Of a stretch of 64,000 bases of DNA, positions 12,310-26,406 are shown one piece after another. The DNA lies in NCBI RefSeq assembly GCF_006345805.1, contig NC_043006.1, positions 13,392,001-13,456,000 on the forward strand. Reading direction: 5' to 3'. Every line of letters starts with the position of its first letter. The stretch's first letter is position 1. This DNA is from Octopus sinensis. Lineage: Eukaryota. A model generated the notes under the pieces. It did no database searches, had not been told where the DNA came from, and saw only the letters and a list, made by a program, of their open reading frames with translations. The position numbers and the translations under genes are program-made.

Positions 12310-13128
12310 TCTTGGCTCTACCGTCACCTACAACCTATCCCTTGATACTGAGCTCAATATACGCATTGGCAAGGCAGCTGCTGCAATGGCCCAACTCTCC
12401 AAACGGGCATGGGACAACAATAAGCTGACCAAGACCACGAAAATGAAGATCTACCAGGCATGTGTACTTAGCACTCTACTGTATGGAAGTGAGACTTGGA
12501 CGTTATACACACGCCAAGAGCGTCGCCTAAACATCTTTCCCCTGCGCTGCCTCCGGAAAATCCTCCGCATCAAATGGCAGAATCATATCCCCAACAAAGA
12601 TGTCCTCAAGCAAGCAGGAATACCAAGCATGTTTGCACTCCTCACACAAAGACGTATGAGATGGCTTGGATATGTTAGCCGTATGAAAGATGGCAGAATC
12701 CCCAAGGACATACTCTACGGAGAGCTTGCTAGGGGTACTAGGTCTGTGGGAAGACCGTTCTTACGTTACAAGGATGTTTGCAAAAGGGACATGAAGGCCT
12801 GCAACATCAATATTAGCGGTTGGGAGGCAGTTGCCGGCAACCGTGGAGACTGGCGACGTACCGTAAAAGAGGGAACACAAAGGAGTGACAGAGAGAGAGA
12901 GGAGAAAGGGAAAGACAAGAAAAGACGTCAACAAGAAACTATGGCATTACAACCAGCCAGTAACAGTCTTCGCTACATTTGCGGTACCTGCCAGAGGGAG
13001 TGTTTGTCCAGGATAGGACTACACAGCCACAGCAGGAGATGTATCAGGACATGAAATGTAAAAGCCGGACTAGATTATTTTATGCGCAACTCCAATGTCT
13101 CCCGAGACAAAAAGGATGCCAACAACAA
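12310..13128 (+). mobile_element. RTE-clade LINE 3' fragment with intact C-terminal ORF
   Basis: RIGKAAAA..LLYGSETWT..RIPKDILYGEL..CxxC-RxCLSRIGLHSH zinc finger; CAA tail. Confidence 0.9.
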
Positions 13129-13142
13129 TATATTTATATATA

Positions 13143-13557
13143 ATCTTTTCGGTTTGACCGGCAGTTTTTTAAAATAATTTCCACGTAACTAAACACTTTT
13201 AAACTTCGTATACTGGTAGAATGTGTTTATAAAACATCTTTTTCTCTTGGCTTTATTGAGAAAATTCTATAGTTTGTAAGATATTTGTTGTTTATTTTTT
13301 CAATTTCTGCAATTTCAACCAACCAATGACGTCTATTGAGGTGAAAACATTCTGTGCCGAATGCATATGTCCCTCGTTTAAGAAATAGATTGGGTTTATT
13401 TACATTTCTGAAGAAAAAACGATACCCTTCCTTCCCCCCTAAAACCTAACCCTAACCCAGATTGAAATGCAATAGATCGATACTAGGGTCATAATTATGG
13501 GTGACAATTTCATATGACACCGCTAGAAGAAACTGCCGTTCAAACCGAAAAGATCCA
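13143..13557. mobile_element. MITE of about 410 bp with TIR GGATCTTTTCGGTTTGAACGGCAGTTTT
   Basis: terminal inverted repeats; copies at 40714-41118 and 44355-44762; internal CCCTAA repeats. Confidence 0.8.
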
Positions 13558-13612
13558 ACAGTTGCGAAGAGTATTTGGCAGATTGGAATGAAATCAATAT
13601 AAAATTATTCAG

Positions 13613-13719
<107 letters not shown>

Positions 13720-13725
13720 CATTAC

Positions 13726-13794
13726 CTGTTGGATTGTACAAAGTAGAGTAGCTATGAGTTTGACCGATACAGACTGGAATCGTCTCTCAAGATA
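13726..13794 (-). CDS. SLC5 symporter coding exon 2
   Basis: ttgcag|YLERRFQSVSVKLIATLLCTIQQ|gtaatg; YLE.RF motif; 69 nt, phase 0/0. Confidence 0.9.
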
Positions 13795-13873
13795 CTGCAA
13801 TAGATAGAATGTTTTAAAATCACGAATAAAGTTTAAACACAATAAAATCAACTGAAAAGATCTTATAATTAAA

Positions 13874-14537
13874 TAGCAGTATCGCCCGGTGTTGCTCGGG
13901 TTTGTAAGGGAAATAACTATATATGCATTTTTAGAGAGTTATAGCCAAAAATAGCAAAAAATTGCATTAAAAATGGAAAAAAAATGATGGTAAATTTTTT
14001 TTTTAATCGTTGACTCATCTTAGACATTTTTAGAGAGTTACTTCCCTTATATAATAGCGAAAAAATGCATTAAAATTGAAAAAAAATTATGGTAAATTTT
14101 TTTTAAATCGTAGACGCGCGCTAATACCCAGAAGGGCTCGATATGAAGTATCGCCCGGCGTTGCTCGGTTTGTAAGGGAAATAACTATATAAGCATTTTT
14201 AGAGAGTTATAGCCAAAAACTAGCAAAAAAATGCATTAAAAATGGAAAAAAAATTATGGTAATTTTTTTTTAAAATCGTTGACTCATCGTAGACATTTTT
14301 AGAGAGTTACTTCCCTTATATAATAGCGAAAAAATGCATTAAAATGGAAAAAAATGATGGTAAATTTTTTTTTAAATCGTAAACTCATCGTAGACAGGCG
14401 CTAATACCAGAAGGGCTCGATATGAATCACGACTATAAGATACCCGGTTTTGGTTAAACTGCACGGCAAAATGTGGGAGTAGTTAGGAATCTAAATCCTA
14501 GGAGACAGACACACAACTTGACTTTTATATATAAAGA
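13874..14537 (-). mobile_element. non-autonomous Helitron, partial tandem
   Basis: reverse complement starts TC..TATATAAAAGT and ends with the hairpin plus GATACTGCTA; 3' portion duplicated. Confidence 0.8.
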
Positions 14538-15065
14538 TGTCATGGGTGGCGGCTAAGGGTAGCGGCCTGACAGATTCGCTACCCTGCCAGATAAAAATAC
14601 TTAGTGAGATTTCTGGGGTTTTTTCTTTAAGTTCTTTGTTCAAATCCCACAGAGGTCTACATTGCATTTCCTCCTTTTATTTCGGGATTGGTAAAATAAG
14701 GACCAGCCAAACACCGGGATCGATGTAATCGGTTTTCCCCTCCCACTATAATTGCGGGTCCTGCGCCGAAGTTTGAAGCAATTATATATATATTTCTTTA
14801 CTGCCCACAAGGGGCTAAACATAGAGAGGACAAACAAGGACAGACAAAGGAATTAAGTCCATTATATCGACCTCAGGGCGAAACTGGTACTTAATTTATC
14901 GCCCCCGAAAGGATGAAAGGCAAAGTCGACCTCGGCGGAATTTGAACTCAGAACGTAAATGTCAGACGAAATACCGCTAAGCATTTCGCCGGCGCGCTAA
15001 CGTTTCTGCCAGCTCGCCTTCCTGAAGCAATTATATATATATAACATAATGTAAACAGCATAACG

Positions 15066-15340
15066 TGAAAGCACATGGCCTAGTGGTTAGAGCAGCGGAG
15101 TCGCGGTCGAGGGATCAGGGTTTCGAATCTCAGGCCGGATGATGTGTATATTTAAGAGCGAAATATCTAAGCTCCACGCGGTTCCGGCAGGCAGAAGGTA
15201 ATGGCAAAATTCTGCTAACTCCTTCACCACAACTTTCTCTCACTTTTTCCTCCTGCATATAGGTGGGGAACCTATACGCCGATGAAACCGGGAAACCGGC
15301 TCTCATGAGCCAGCCATGTCCCGAGAAGGAACAAACAACA
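15066..15340 (+). mobile_element. SINE family C-related, tail type iii (Meta/V-domain-like)
   Basis: tRNA head plus caccacaactttctctcact core plus ggtggggaacctatacgcc..gagaaggaacaaacaac; copies at 34985-35293 (-) and 48744-49017 (+). Confidence 0.7.
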
Positions 15341-16356
15341 ATATACAGCATAACAAATACCACTTTACATAAATACATTATATCCAAAATTGTATATACA
15401 TTACACAATTATACATGCAACATTATGTTGGTTTGTTTGATAAGTTCGCCCGTTTCTTTCACATGTTAATTGAATTAGCATGCAAAATATTTTTTGTAGT
15501 GTTTTAGGGAATTGATCCAGCAGATGGAATGCTCTCATGATACTGTCGTCTGTCTCCATCACACGATGGGTAAGGTCCAACAACTTGATGCATGGATACT
15601 ACTCACTCTGAACAAGAGAAATGAACTCCAACGATCCTCTTTCATAGCCAGTTTGCTCAATTCACTCCAGGCTATTCGTTGACACAGAAATTTCTTTGCT
15701 GCATCGTCACCGGTGATGGAAAATTGTGTCTTTATCTTAATACGAAGTAAAGGAAGCAACATCTCGAATCAAGCGAGAGCTGCATCCATGCAAGACAATA
15801 AATTGTGCCTGGTGGGATTGAGAAAGGCCATTGGTGAACAGAAAAAACAGCATTGGAGCAGGTGCACAAAATACCAGTTAATGATCGTCTTGAGAAATTG
15901 CAGGAAGTGATCGACAAATGTATGCGTGGATCGAGGATCGAAAAGCGTACGACCTAGTTCTACACCCAAGATTCAAGCTACGCCTAGAACTATTGAAGGT
16001 CTTCAAAAATCTTAGATGCCCGTTATAAAATGCAATACGACATTGGTGAGTAGATTTAGCGCAAAGAAATTAAAGATAAGCAAATATACAGATCAAAAGA
16101 GGAACCTTTCAAAGAGACAGCTTCTCTCCAACCCAGTTTATAATCGCCCTGATTCCTTTGTTGATCCTATTAAGTAAAACTAAGGAAGGATATTCACTCA
16201 AAAACAATTTTAAAAGAAATAGAGGAAAAGTGAATTATCTGTTTATGGATACTGTAAAGTTTTATAGTAAAGACAAGATCCAGCGGGATTCCTTTGTACA
16301 AATTGTAAGAATGTTTAATAACGACATCAGGATGGCTTTCGAAATCGAAATATGTG

Positions 16357-16689
16357 TTCATCATCATTATTGTTCGACCGTGGTCGAGACAATGGAATTT
16401 ACCATGCTACGCCAGACTTCACGGTCCATCATGGCATTACGGAGGTCCTGTTGCTGGATGCCTGTATCCCTGGAGATTACATCAGGGTGGGAGAGTGTGC
16501 GCCCTGTGGTATTGCGAGTAGATGGCTTCCAGAGGAGAAGAGTAGAAATTACCTCTTTTTCAGCTCTACAACAATGTCCAGCAAACTGGACTCTCTTACC
16601 TTTCACAAGAGATGACACAGGTGGTAGTTTCCCATATATTTGCATTTTGGTTGGATGGCGCTTCCACGAGAGATTTTGAGCTCTCATAT
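16357..16689 (-). mobile_element. RTE LINE 3' fragment
   Basis: MRAQNLSWKRHPTKMQIYG...VSTTVEQ*; TGA tail. Confidence 0.85.
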
Positions 16690-17647
16690 GTGTTATGAAA
16701 ACGATGAACCGGTGAAAACCCATAAAAAGTACTTGAATAGATCAGATCAACCTAATGGGAATTTAAAATCATTTAATGTAGAACAAGCATATAAATATGG
16801 AGGAATGCTGGAAAACGACAACATCTTCGGCAAATAATATTTTTGCAAAATGCACAAGATACTAAAATCCAAAATGAATTCGAGAAATGTCAGACAAGCA
16901 ATAAACTTGAGTGATGTTATGACTGATATGAAACTGTTGTAATTGAATGCAGAAAGGTTGGACTGAAGGAAATAGACAGAAAAACGAAAGACGAAAGGAA
17001 GCTCGCGATGCACAGATGCATGTGTCCCTAATCTGATGTGGAGTAGTTATACTGGGAAAGTGCAAAAGAAGAGAGAAGGTTAATGCGTGTCAAAGAGGTA
17101 GTATAAATAGAGAAGACTAGTCTAGGCTCAGATAAAGAAGGAAGAAGAAGAAGCAATTAAAAAGGGAAGAAATATGTACATAATTTGTAGAAACCAAAAA
17201 GAGAAGAGAAGAAAATCTGAAAAAGAGAAAATCAAACTTTGAAGATAAGGAGACTCAGTGTTTTCCAAAAATACAAAAGAGAAATGGGACAGAAATAGCT
17301 CCTAGTTATGGCTAAAAAAAAAGGGTGTTGCAGTAAAAAACTGAAGAAATGCACTCGTTAGCACAGGAACAATCTGTAAGGATAAAGGGATCCAAGCAGA
17401 CAATAGCAATTTTTAGGGGAGCGGGCGGTCGATTACATTAAGCTCAGTATTTGACAGGTACTTTAATTTATCGACACCAGGCGGCTAAAAGGTAAAGTTG
17501 GCTTCATTAAGATTTGAACTCAGAACATAAAGACGCGAAAGAAATATTGCAAAATACGTTTTCTGACACCCTAAAAATTCTGCCAGCTAATAATAATTAA
17601 GTAAGTGGGTTAGTCGATTCGATCGACCACAAAATTACAAAATATAT

Positions 17648-18063
17648 ATTTCTTTATTGCCCACAAGGGGCCAAACATAGAGGGGACAAACAAGGACAGA
17701 CAGACGGATTAAGACGATTACATCGACCCCAGTGCGAAACTGGTACTTTTTTTATCGACCACGAAAGGTTGAAAGGCAAAGTCGACCTCGGCGGAATTTG
17801 AACTCAGAACGTAACGACAGACGAAATACCTATTTCTTTACTACCCACAAGGGGCTAAACATAGAGGGGACAAACAAGTACAGACAAAGGGATTAAGTCG
17901 ATTACATCGACCACAGTGCGAAACTGGTATTTTTAATTATCGCCCCCGAAAGGATGAACGGCAAAGTCGACCTCGGCGGAATTTGGACTTAGAACGTAAC
18001 GGCAGACGAAATACGGCTACGCATTTCGCCCGGCGTGCTAACGTTTCTGCCAGCTCACCGCCT
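17648..18063 (-). mobile_element. SINE family A, tandem dimer
   Basis: two successive cores. Confidence 0.8.
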
Positions 18064-18336
18064 TTAAAATTACAAAATATACTAAAGAAGAAATGGAGAG
18101 AAAAGCCACTCAGCGGCCAGCACCCAGCAAGGTTCGAAAGAGAATTAAACCAAAGTGAAAATCGACAATGACTCGGGAACTCCAATCTAAAAGCAGAACC
18201 GGAAGGACTGATTCTCACAGTGCAAGACTAATGTCAGATCACAAATAATTATAAAATAATGAAAATGGATATTAACACCAAATGCAGAATATGAACCAGC
18301 ACAATGAGACAGTTGACCATATCATCTCCGGTTGTC

Positions 18337-18692
18337 CGTGGTGATCTCATTCTCGCTCACAACATCATAAGCGGAAAGTGTAACCTCTCGAAAGAGCTGT
18401 TCTTCACTCCTGCTCCGGAGCGTCGGCTGCGGGGTCATTCCGAAAAGCTCTACCTGCGACGATTTCATCTCAATCGAAGGAGAGGAGCTTTCTCCGTCCG
18501 GGTTGCGGATCCGTGGAACAAGCTGCCAGACGAGATGGTGAAGATGCCGACGACCGCTTTGTTCAAAGTCTCCCTTGACCTCAAGTGGCCTGAACTCTTT
18601 ACATGAACACCACCCTGTACTTAACTCCATGTCCCCCTACATGCCCTTGCTATTTGCTTTTGAGCCAAATTAACTAACTAACTAACTAACTA
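18337..18692 (+). mobile_element. CR1-clade LINE 3' end
   Basis: RGDLI..RGHSEKL..FSVRVADPWNKLP; (TAAC)n tail. Confidence 0.85.
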
Positions 18693-18929
18693 ATGCCAAA
18701 TCTGAATAAATACATTGGCATGATCATGTTAAACACGGTATATAACAACGGTCTAGCCGTAACAATCTGGGGTGTGCCGGTCTAAGTTGGCAAGATCGTT
18801 ATTTCCAGACGTAATAACACAGGACTGGAAAACAAACTTTAAAAGCAGAAATCTAAAAGATTTATTCTTTGCTTGGACTATTTCAGACAGGAAATATAAC
18901 TTAACTAAAATCAACAGGATTATTAGAGC

Positions 18930-20260
18930 TGCAGCTAAGATTGCCGTGGTAAGAGTCGGATACAAAAGAAGAGAACAAACCACAGTGGCGTAGAGGAATT
19001 TGTGAGAAACAAAGTTAAAGAGATATTTGGGACAAGTTGATAGATTGAAAAGAGAGGAACTGCAAAATGGATGTATAAGAATAATACTGGAAAGAACATA
19101 TAGAATAAGAGATACAGAGTGTAATGTAATATTTGAAGAACTGAAACAAAGAGTGGTAACAATCAAAACAAAACTGGAAAGATATGACAGTAGAACAAAA
19201 CAATTCAGGTAGGACAGATCGTTTGAAGCCAATCAGAAAAAAAAAACTGTTTGAGGAACTAGATGGGTAATTACACCTAACATTGGTACTTGATGCAGAC
19301 GAAAGAAAGGCATTCTGTGGAGCAATCTGATACCAACCTGTAAAGGATTAGGATAAAGCTGAGTGGCTGAATAAAATCCAAGACAGTTTAAGAGATATAC
19401 AAGGACAACACAACATAAAAATAAATACAGAAAAGATAAAGGCAGATAAGTAAAATTCCAAATTGGTGGAGTCCAGGGCTGGATCGTGTCCCAGGTTATT
19501 GGAAGAAGAAGCTGAGAGGGCTCTATGAAAGGATAGCAGAACAGCTGGATAAGTGCTCGCAGGAAAGCTCAAAACCTAGTTGGATGGCAAATGGAAAGAC
19601 AGTTATCTATCAAGGCTCTTGAAAATGGTAACATAGAATCCAACTTTCGACCAAAAACGTATCTTCCGCTAATGTGGAAAGATATCAGGATACTTTAAAA
19701 AAAACGGGCTGCTACTATTGAACAGAAAGGGTGCCGAATGAGGAACTGGGGAACGAAAGATCAGCTGGTAATTGATAAACTAATTATCAGAAACTACAAG
19801 AGAAGGCACACAGATTTGAGAATGGCATAGATCGATTATCGTAAAGCGTTTATGATACAACACTCATGGATAGCAAAAACTATGGAAATGTATGGAATAG
19901 TAGAAAATATAAGATGCCTTATAAGGGACAGTATGTTGCAGAACTGAATTGACAGCAGGAAATGAGGTATTAGGAGAAGGGGAAATTAAGAGGGGAATCT
20001 TCCAGAGTGGCAGTGTATCCTCACTGATTTATGCGCTGGGAATGATTCTCTTGAGTGGAATACTGCAGAAACCAAAGTTAGGGTATGATTTAGGAAGTGG
20101 TAAAGGAAAGCTTAATTATCTGCTATTCATGGATGATTTGAAGTTGTTCACAAAATGTGAGGTACAACTTGACAGTCTAGTTCAGTCTGTGCGGACTTTC
20201 TCAAATGATATCAAGATGGATTTTGAACTTTTAAAATGTGTTGTGATGATGTTGTTTGTA
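18930..20260 (+). mobile_element. degenerate R4/Dong-type LINE RT region
   Basis: [40 protein letters not shown] motifs with stops and frameshifts. Confidence 0.75.
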
Positions 20261-20581
20261 TGCTAAGTGGTGAAATGTTAAAAGCAGTTGAACTAAATGT
20301 TACTTAGCATTTTGTCCAGCGAGCGTGCTAACGATTCTGCCAGCTCGCTGCCTTAATAATAATCCTTTCTACTATAGACACAAGGTCTGAAATTCGGCGT
20401 GGAGGAGGCTAGTTGATTACCTCGACCCAGTGTTCAACAGGTATTTATTTTATCGACCCCGAAAAGATGAAAGACAAAGTTGACCTCGACGGAATTTGAA
20501 CTCAAAACATAAAAGACGGACGAAATGCCGCTAAGTATTTTGTCCGGCGTGCTTAACGATTCTGTCAGTTCACCGTCTAAA

Positions 20582-20652
20582 CAATAACAATAACAACAGC
20601 AAAAACAACAACAACAACAGCAAAAACAAACAACAACAACAACAACAACAAC

Positions 20653-20698
<46 letters not shown>

Positions 20699-20879
20699 TA
20701 AACTCATATAACATACAGAAAATTGCACTACCGGGCACTGCACACATCCCAAGCAAAACACTTTCAATACTGTAACCATCAGAGCATCACAACAAATCAC
20801 AGCACATACCCAAGGCACACAGAGCTGCGCTCGGTAGTGAAGTGAAAGCACGCTATAAAAATAAAACTACTGAATAATG

Positions 20880-20946
<67 letters not shown>

Positions 20947-20970
20947 CAACAACAACAACAACAACAACGA
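20582..20970. repeat. (AAC)n/(AAT)n microsatellites
   Basis: directly visible. Confidence 0.9.
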
Positions 20971-21069
20971 TATTCTTATCAGAAGTACAAGGTCACACAT
21001 TTTGCGGCAGATTAAACTGACCCTCTGTCGATTCAAGTAAAATTATGAAAAACAAGATCTTATACTTAC

Positions 21070-21414
21070 TTCGTATGAACTGGTTAATTTAAGTGGATAC
21101 ATCAAAGGTACGAAACACAAAGAAGCCAGAAGGCAGCCAAGACAGGCACCAATGATATAAATCATATACAATGTGCCAGACGTGTACATTTCAGCGGGAG
21201 TCCCTAGAATCATGATGGCGGATATGAAGGATGTCATTATAGAAATGGCTATTGGAAGAAGTTGCATGTTTCTATTGCCCGTCAGGAATTCTGTGGTTGT
21301 ATTTTGCCGAGTGCCACAGAAGGCATAGTATATTCCAATTAGCACCGAGATGATGAGAACCGCTCCGAATATAACATAATCGTAGACAGTGAATTGGTGA
21401 CGCATTCGATGCAT
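21070..21414 (-). CDS. SLC5 sodium:solute symporter (SMCT/SLC5A8/12-like), coding exon 1
   Basis: MHRMRHQFTVYDYVIFGAVLIISVLIGIYYAF...FLTGNRNMQLLPIAISIMTSFISAIMILGTPAEMYTSG...PLKLTSSYE is the classic SSF N-terminus; 345 nt; phase-0 donor GAA|GTAAGT. Confidence 0.93.
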
Positions 21415-22387
21415 TTTCACTCAGACTAATCTATTGGAATCATTAATATATATATTTTTTAAAGGAAAATCGTTCGCATTAATAAGATCATCAATTCGCT
21501 TGCTTGTTCCCAGTCGCCCAGATATACTTCAAGTGTTACATATTCTGTCGGTAGTACATTCTTGTGTACCACTAAATAGTTCAGTCAGTTTGTTCTGTAG
21601 CCTGACACATTCTTTCGTCATCTGAAACGATTGCTTAAAGCAACATACCACCTTTCCTCATTTTTCATCTCAACTTTCATTTGATTATGCTTATATTACT
21701 GCTCCTGGTATTCTCTATTTTTTCCCCCTTTTATCTCGCTTGCACTTTTTGTTTTCAATTCTATATTTTATTTATTAGTGTGTGTGTGTATGTGTGTGTG
21801 CATTCACGTTTTTGCCTTCGTATTTTTGTTCTTAGTCCTATATTCCGTTTTTGTGGTTGTATCCTCTGTGCGTATTTGTGTGTTTTTCCATTTCTTGTCT
21901 TCACACTTCAAATGGTGTTACATACCACTTTGTTCTTGTCTGTCAATGGTCAAACTGCAGTTCATGAAATTAATTTGTCTTAACTGACAGCAACCTGTAC
22001 AACTTAAAAAGTAAAAATAAAGCCAGAAGGAAAAGTCTGTGTTTTCAATTAAAGGCCTTTGTTGTTGAAATCAGTTTTAACAATATATGCTAGACTGAAG
22101 CGTTTTTTAAAGTGTATGACATCTCCCAGTCAGAATGTTTTACAACAAGATTCAGTTTCATTTATCTTTGTGAATGTTCTGCTGTTATAGAGAAGAGGTT
22201 TTCGTCAAATATAGGTTGGTTTGAGAAAGAAAGAAATAATCAATTAGAAAAAGAAACACAGAACACTCGAAAAATATATATATAATTTTAAAATGTGATT
22301 ACTACATTTATATTTATACATGTTATATGCACAGCTTATGCACTACTTTACATAGTACATGTGTGTGTGTGTGTGTGTGTGTGTAAG

Positions 22388-22540
22388 CAGGGCCGTCTTC
22401 AGGCATGTGCACACTGAGCAGTTGTCCCGGGGCCCAATTTTGATCTGTGTATATTGTAGCTTTCGTCAATAAATAAATAATATAGGGACCCATTGTATTG
22501 ATTTTACCGGCGGTCTATAACGCTGCTTAAGACGGCTCCG
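22388..22540. mobile_element. small hAT-like MITE
   Basis: CAGGGCCGTCTT ... AAGACGGCTCCG imperfect TIR. Confidence 0.45.
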
Positions 22541-22749
22541 TGTGTAGATATGTCTGTTTATGAAGGAGTCTTCTATCTTTTACTTGTTTTACTCTATGGC
22601 TTTGTTGGGACACCGGTTTGAAGGGTTTAGATGAACAAATATTTTTATTACAAAACCGCTAAGGAACAGGGACGTAAACAAACTATCACCAGTTGTCAAG
22701 CGAAGATGGAGGACAAACATCACAAACGCGCATATACATACATACACAC

Positions 22750-22785
<36 letters not shown>

Positions 22786-22909
22786 GAAACGTTAGCACGC
22801 CGGGCGAAATGCGTAACCGTATTTCGTCTGCTGTCTGTCCTTGTTTGTCCTTGTTTGTCCCCTCTGTGTTTAGCCCCTTGTGGGTAGTAAAGAAATATAT
22901 AGTAAATAT

Positions 22910-23413
22910 AGGCTCACTTCAAAAGGGCCACACCATCAATGGAAAGTATTATGCAACTTGCCGAGGCTGTTAAGAAATGCCATCAAAACCAAGCGACCAG
23001 GAAAACAGATAAAAGGGGCCTTGTTTCATTAGGACAATGTTCCAGCACACAAGTCTTTGGTTTCAACGGCAGTTGTGCGTGGCTGTGGCCTTCAACTGGT
23101 TGATCACCATCCCTATTCTTCTGATTTGGCTCCATCTGACTATCATTTGTTCCCCAACATGAAAAAGCACTTGGGTGGAAAGCAGTATCGCAGTGATGAT
23201 GACGTCATATCTGCTGTTGTTATTATTTTTTTTTGTTTTTTGACCAACAGAAAGAAAGCTTCTTCAACAATGGGAGCCAAGCACTGCGACACCGACGGAA
23301 GAAGTGTGTGGACCGCAAGGGGGGGACGGGACTACGTTGAAAATTAACCTCCTCTGGTTATATTCCAAGAGACTATGTTAGTCAGCCTAGGCACTCTTCA
23401 GCCGACCTTCGTA
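22910..23413 (+). mobile_element. Tc1/mariner transposase 3' remnant
   Basis: TINGKYY, DNVPAH, HHPYSSDLAPSDYHLF, G.DYVE motifs; right TIR ending ttcg-TA. Confidence 0.85.
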
Positions 23414-23766
23414 TATGTTTGTGTGTGTGCGTGTGTGTGTGTATGTGTGCATGTGTGTGCGTGTTTGTGTGTGTGTGTGTGTGTGTGTGCGTGTGCGAGC
23501 AAGCGCGCAAGCACACAACACACACATAAACATACACACACACACAAACGCGCACACATATACACACATACACACACACACACACAACACAATCACAACA
23601 CAGACACACACACACATACACACACACACACGCACGCAGACACACGCACATACACGCACACACGCACACACGCACGCACACACGCACACACACGCACACA
23701 CATACACACACACATACACACACACACACGCACACGCACACACACACACACATACACACACACACG

Positions 23767-23804
<38 letters not shown>

Positions 23805-25017
23805 GAGGTGACTGTCGACTTTGCTGAACAGTCCGAACACTTTTTTTCCGCTTCCTTCCTCATTTCCTTTTACAGTTACAATGTTTTCCTGTCAGAGACT
23901 CAAACGTAGCTTTTAACACCTGTCGCTGACTGACCTGCAGACTCTATGCAGATCATACAGGTGAATATCATCGCCGTACGTACTTTTTGATTGCCAAGAA
24001 TGTCATAGGTATGTGATTGTTAAGGTGTCTTGTTAAATATGACCTTAAAAGGCAGATTTGATTCAAAGTTGGACATATGAAAGTAAGTGCCTGTCTCACA
24101 TGTGATTTCGAGTTGGTTAACCCTCTGGTTACTATATTTCTGTGGAAACACACCATCTTTGTTTCAATTAATTTTTTTTTAATAATGAAGAATAGACGTA
24201 GGAGTGGCTGTGTGGTAAGAAGCTTGCTTACCAACCACATGGTTCCTGGTTCAGTCCCACTGCGTGGCACCTTGGGTAAGTGTCTTCTACTTTAGCCTCG
24301 GGCCGACCAAAGCCTTGTGAGTGGATTTGGTAGACGGAAACTGAAAGAAGCCCGTCGTATATATGAGTATATATATATGTATATATGTAAGTGTGCGTAT
24401 ATGTTTGTGCGTTTGTGTTTGTCCCCTCAACATCGCTTGACAACCGATGCTGGTGTGTTTACATCTCCGTAACTTAGCAGTTCAGCAAAAGAGAGCGATA
24501 GATTAAGTAGTAGGCTTACAAAGACTAAGTCCTGGGGTCGATCTGCTCGACTAAAGGCGGTGCTCCAGTATGGCCACAGTCAAATGACTGAAACAGGTAA
24601 AAGAGAGTAAAGAGTAATTTAGTAAAAGTAATTTTGTCATTATTAATCTGACAAAGTGATCAGACGCATTTCTTCTGGCTTCACGTTCTGAGTTCAAATT
24701 TCCCTGAGGTCGACTTTGCATTTCATCTTTTCGGGGTTGGAAAAATATGTACCAGTCAGGGCACGGGGTCGATGCAATCGACTGTCTCCCTCTCCCAAAA
24801 TTTCGTGCCTTGTGTCTATAGCAGAAAGAATTATATATATATATATATATAAATAGGCGCAGGAGTGGCTCTGTGGTAAGTAGCTTGTTTACCAACCACA
24901 TGGTTCCGGGTTCAGTCCCACTGCGTGGCACCTTGGGCAAGTGTCTTCTACTATAGCCTCGGGCCGATCAAAGCCTTGTGAGTGGATTTGGTAGACGGAA
25001 ACTGAAAGAAGCTCGTC

Positions 25018-25060
<43 letters not shown>

Positions 25061-26361
25061 ATATAATATATATATATATATATGCGTGTGTGTGTTTGTG
25101 TGTCTGTATTTGTCCCCCTAGTATTGCTTGACAACCGATGCTGGTGTGTTTGTGTCCCCGTTACTTAGCGGTTCGGCAAAAGAGACCGATAGAATAAGTA
25201 CTGGGCTTACAAAAGAATAAGTCCCAGGGTCGAGTTACTCGATTAAAGGCGGTGCTCCAGCATGGCCGCAGTCAAATGACTGAAACAAGTAAAAGAGTAA
25301 AAGAGTAAAAAGGCCACACACACACACATATAATACATATAGACACTACACATATATATTATTCCATTTACATCTAGAATGCATTTTAGCCACGTATATA
25401 GATTGTATCGAATACTCGATTGGTATTTATCTTATCGAACCAGGGAAGGATGAAGCATAAAATTTGATCTCGAATGGATTTGAACGCGGAACATAAAGAG
25501 TCGGAACTAAAATATAACAAAGAATTTTACCTGTCTTTATCGGGATTCTTCTAAAAACAATTTCGTCTTTATATTCCAATGATAATGTTTTAGCTTACTC
25601 CGAAATTTATAAATTAGCGACTACTCATGTGTTTGAATAAATATTGCAGACACAACTTTAGATATCACCAGTCTTTTGTGTACAGAGCTTAAGTGCTGCG
25701 TCTTTTGTTAAGGTTTCTTTAGACATTAAGGTGGGAAAACTATAAAACTAATATGTCACTTAAGTTCTACTTCAAAAAGGTGGTACAGATTGGATTAAAG
25801 AAGTTCTATTGATCTTCGAGACGAAACGAATCCATTTTCCTCGTGTTCGATATATTATTGAAGGAATTTCGTTGCATTAAGTTCTCTGGAAGCTATTAAA
25901 AGCTTAGTTTTAGTTAATACTTCAAAATAATAGATTTCATTTTATAGTCTTTCTGACCAAGTATTAAATCTGATAAAATTGTTTTGTCAGAATAAACTTC
26001 CAAACTCTTTGAGCTGTGATATTTCTTCAAACAAGAAAAATTATGACTTTGCCTGCATAACAGGAGTTCAATGATGAGAAACACCTAGCTATTTTTATTG
26101 ATTTCTTTTGAAGGCACAAATTCCATATCTATAAAGATCTTCAGTCGATAGCAATTGTTGCTGTGTCATACACACATGCATGGATACATACATACGTAAC
26201 GTACATATCTTGCAGACACACACAATTATATACATATATACATGTATACACAAACGCATACATACACATACGTATGTATATGTTTCCATGAATGCACGTA
26301 TGTTTGTATGCATTTATCTATTTATCTATGTTTGTGTGTATATATATATATATAATATATA

Positions 26362-26406
<45 letters not shown>

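Larger units (their letters stand above)
16100..18750 (+). mobile_element. degenerate R4/Dong-type (RLE) LINE interrupted by RTE, SINE and CR1 insertions
   Basis: YLFMD..KFYSK, F.NDIRM.F, W.EKPLSGQ, LKAE.EGLI and ETVDHIISGC motifs across frameshifts. Confidence 0.65.
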
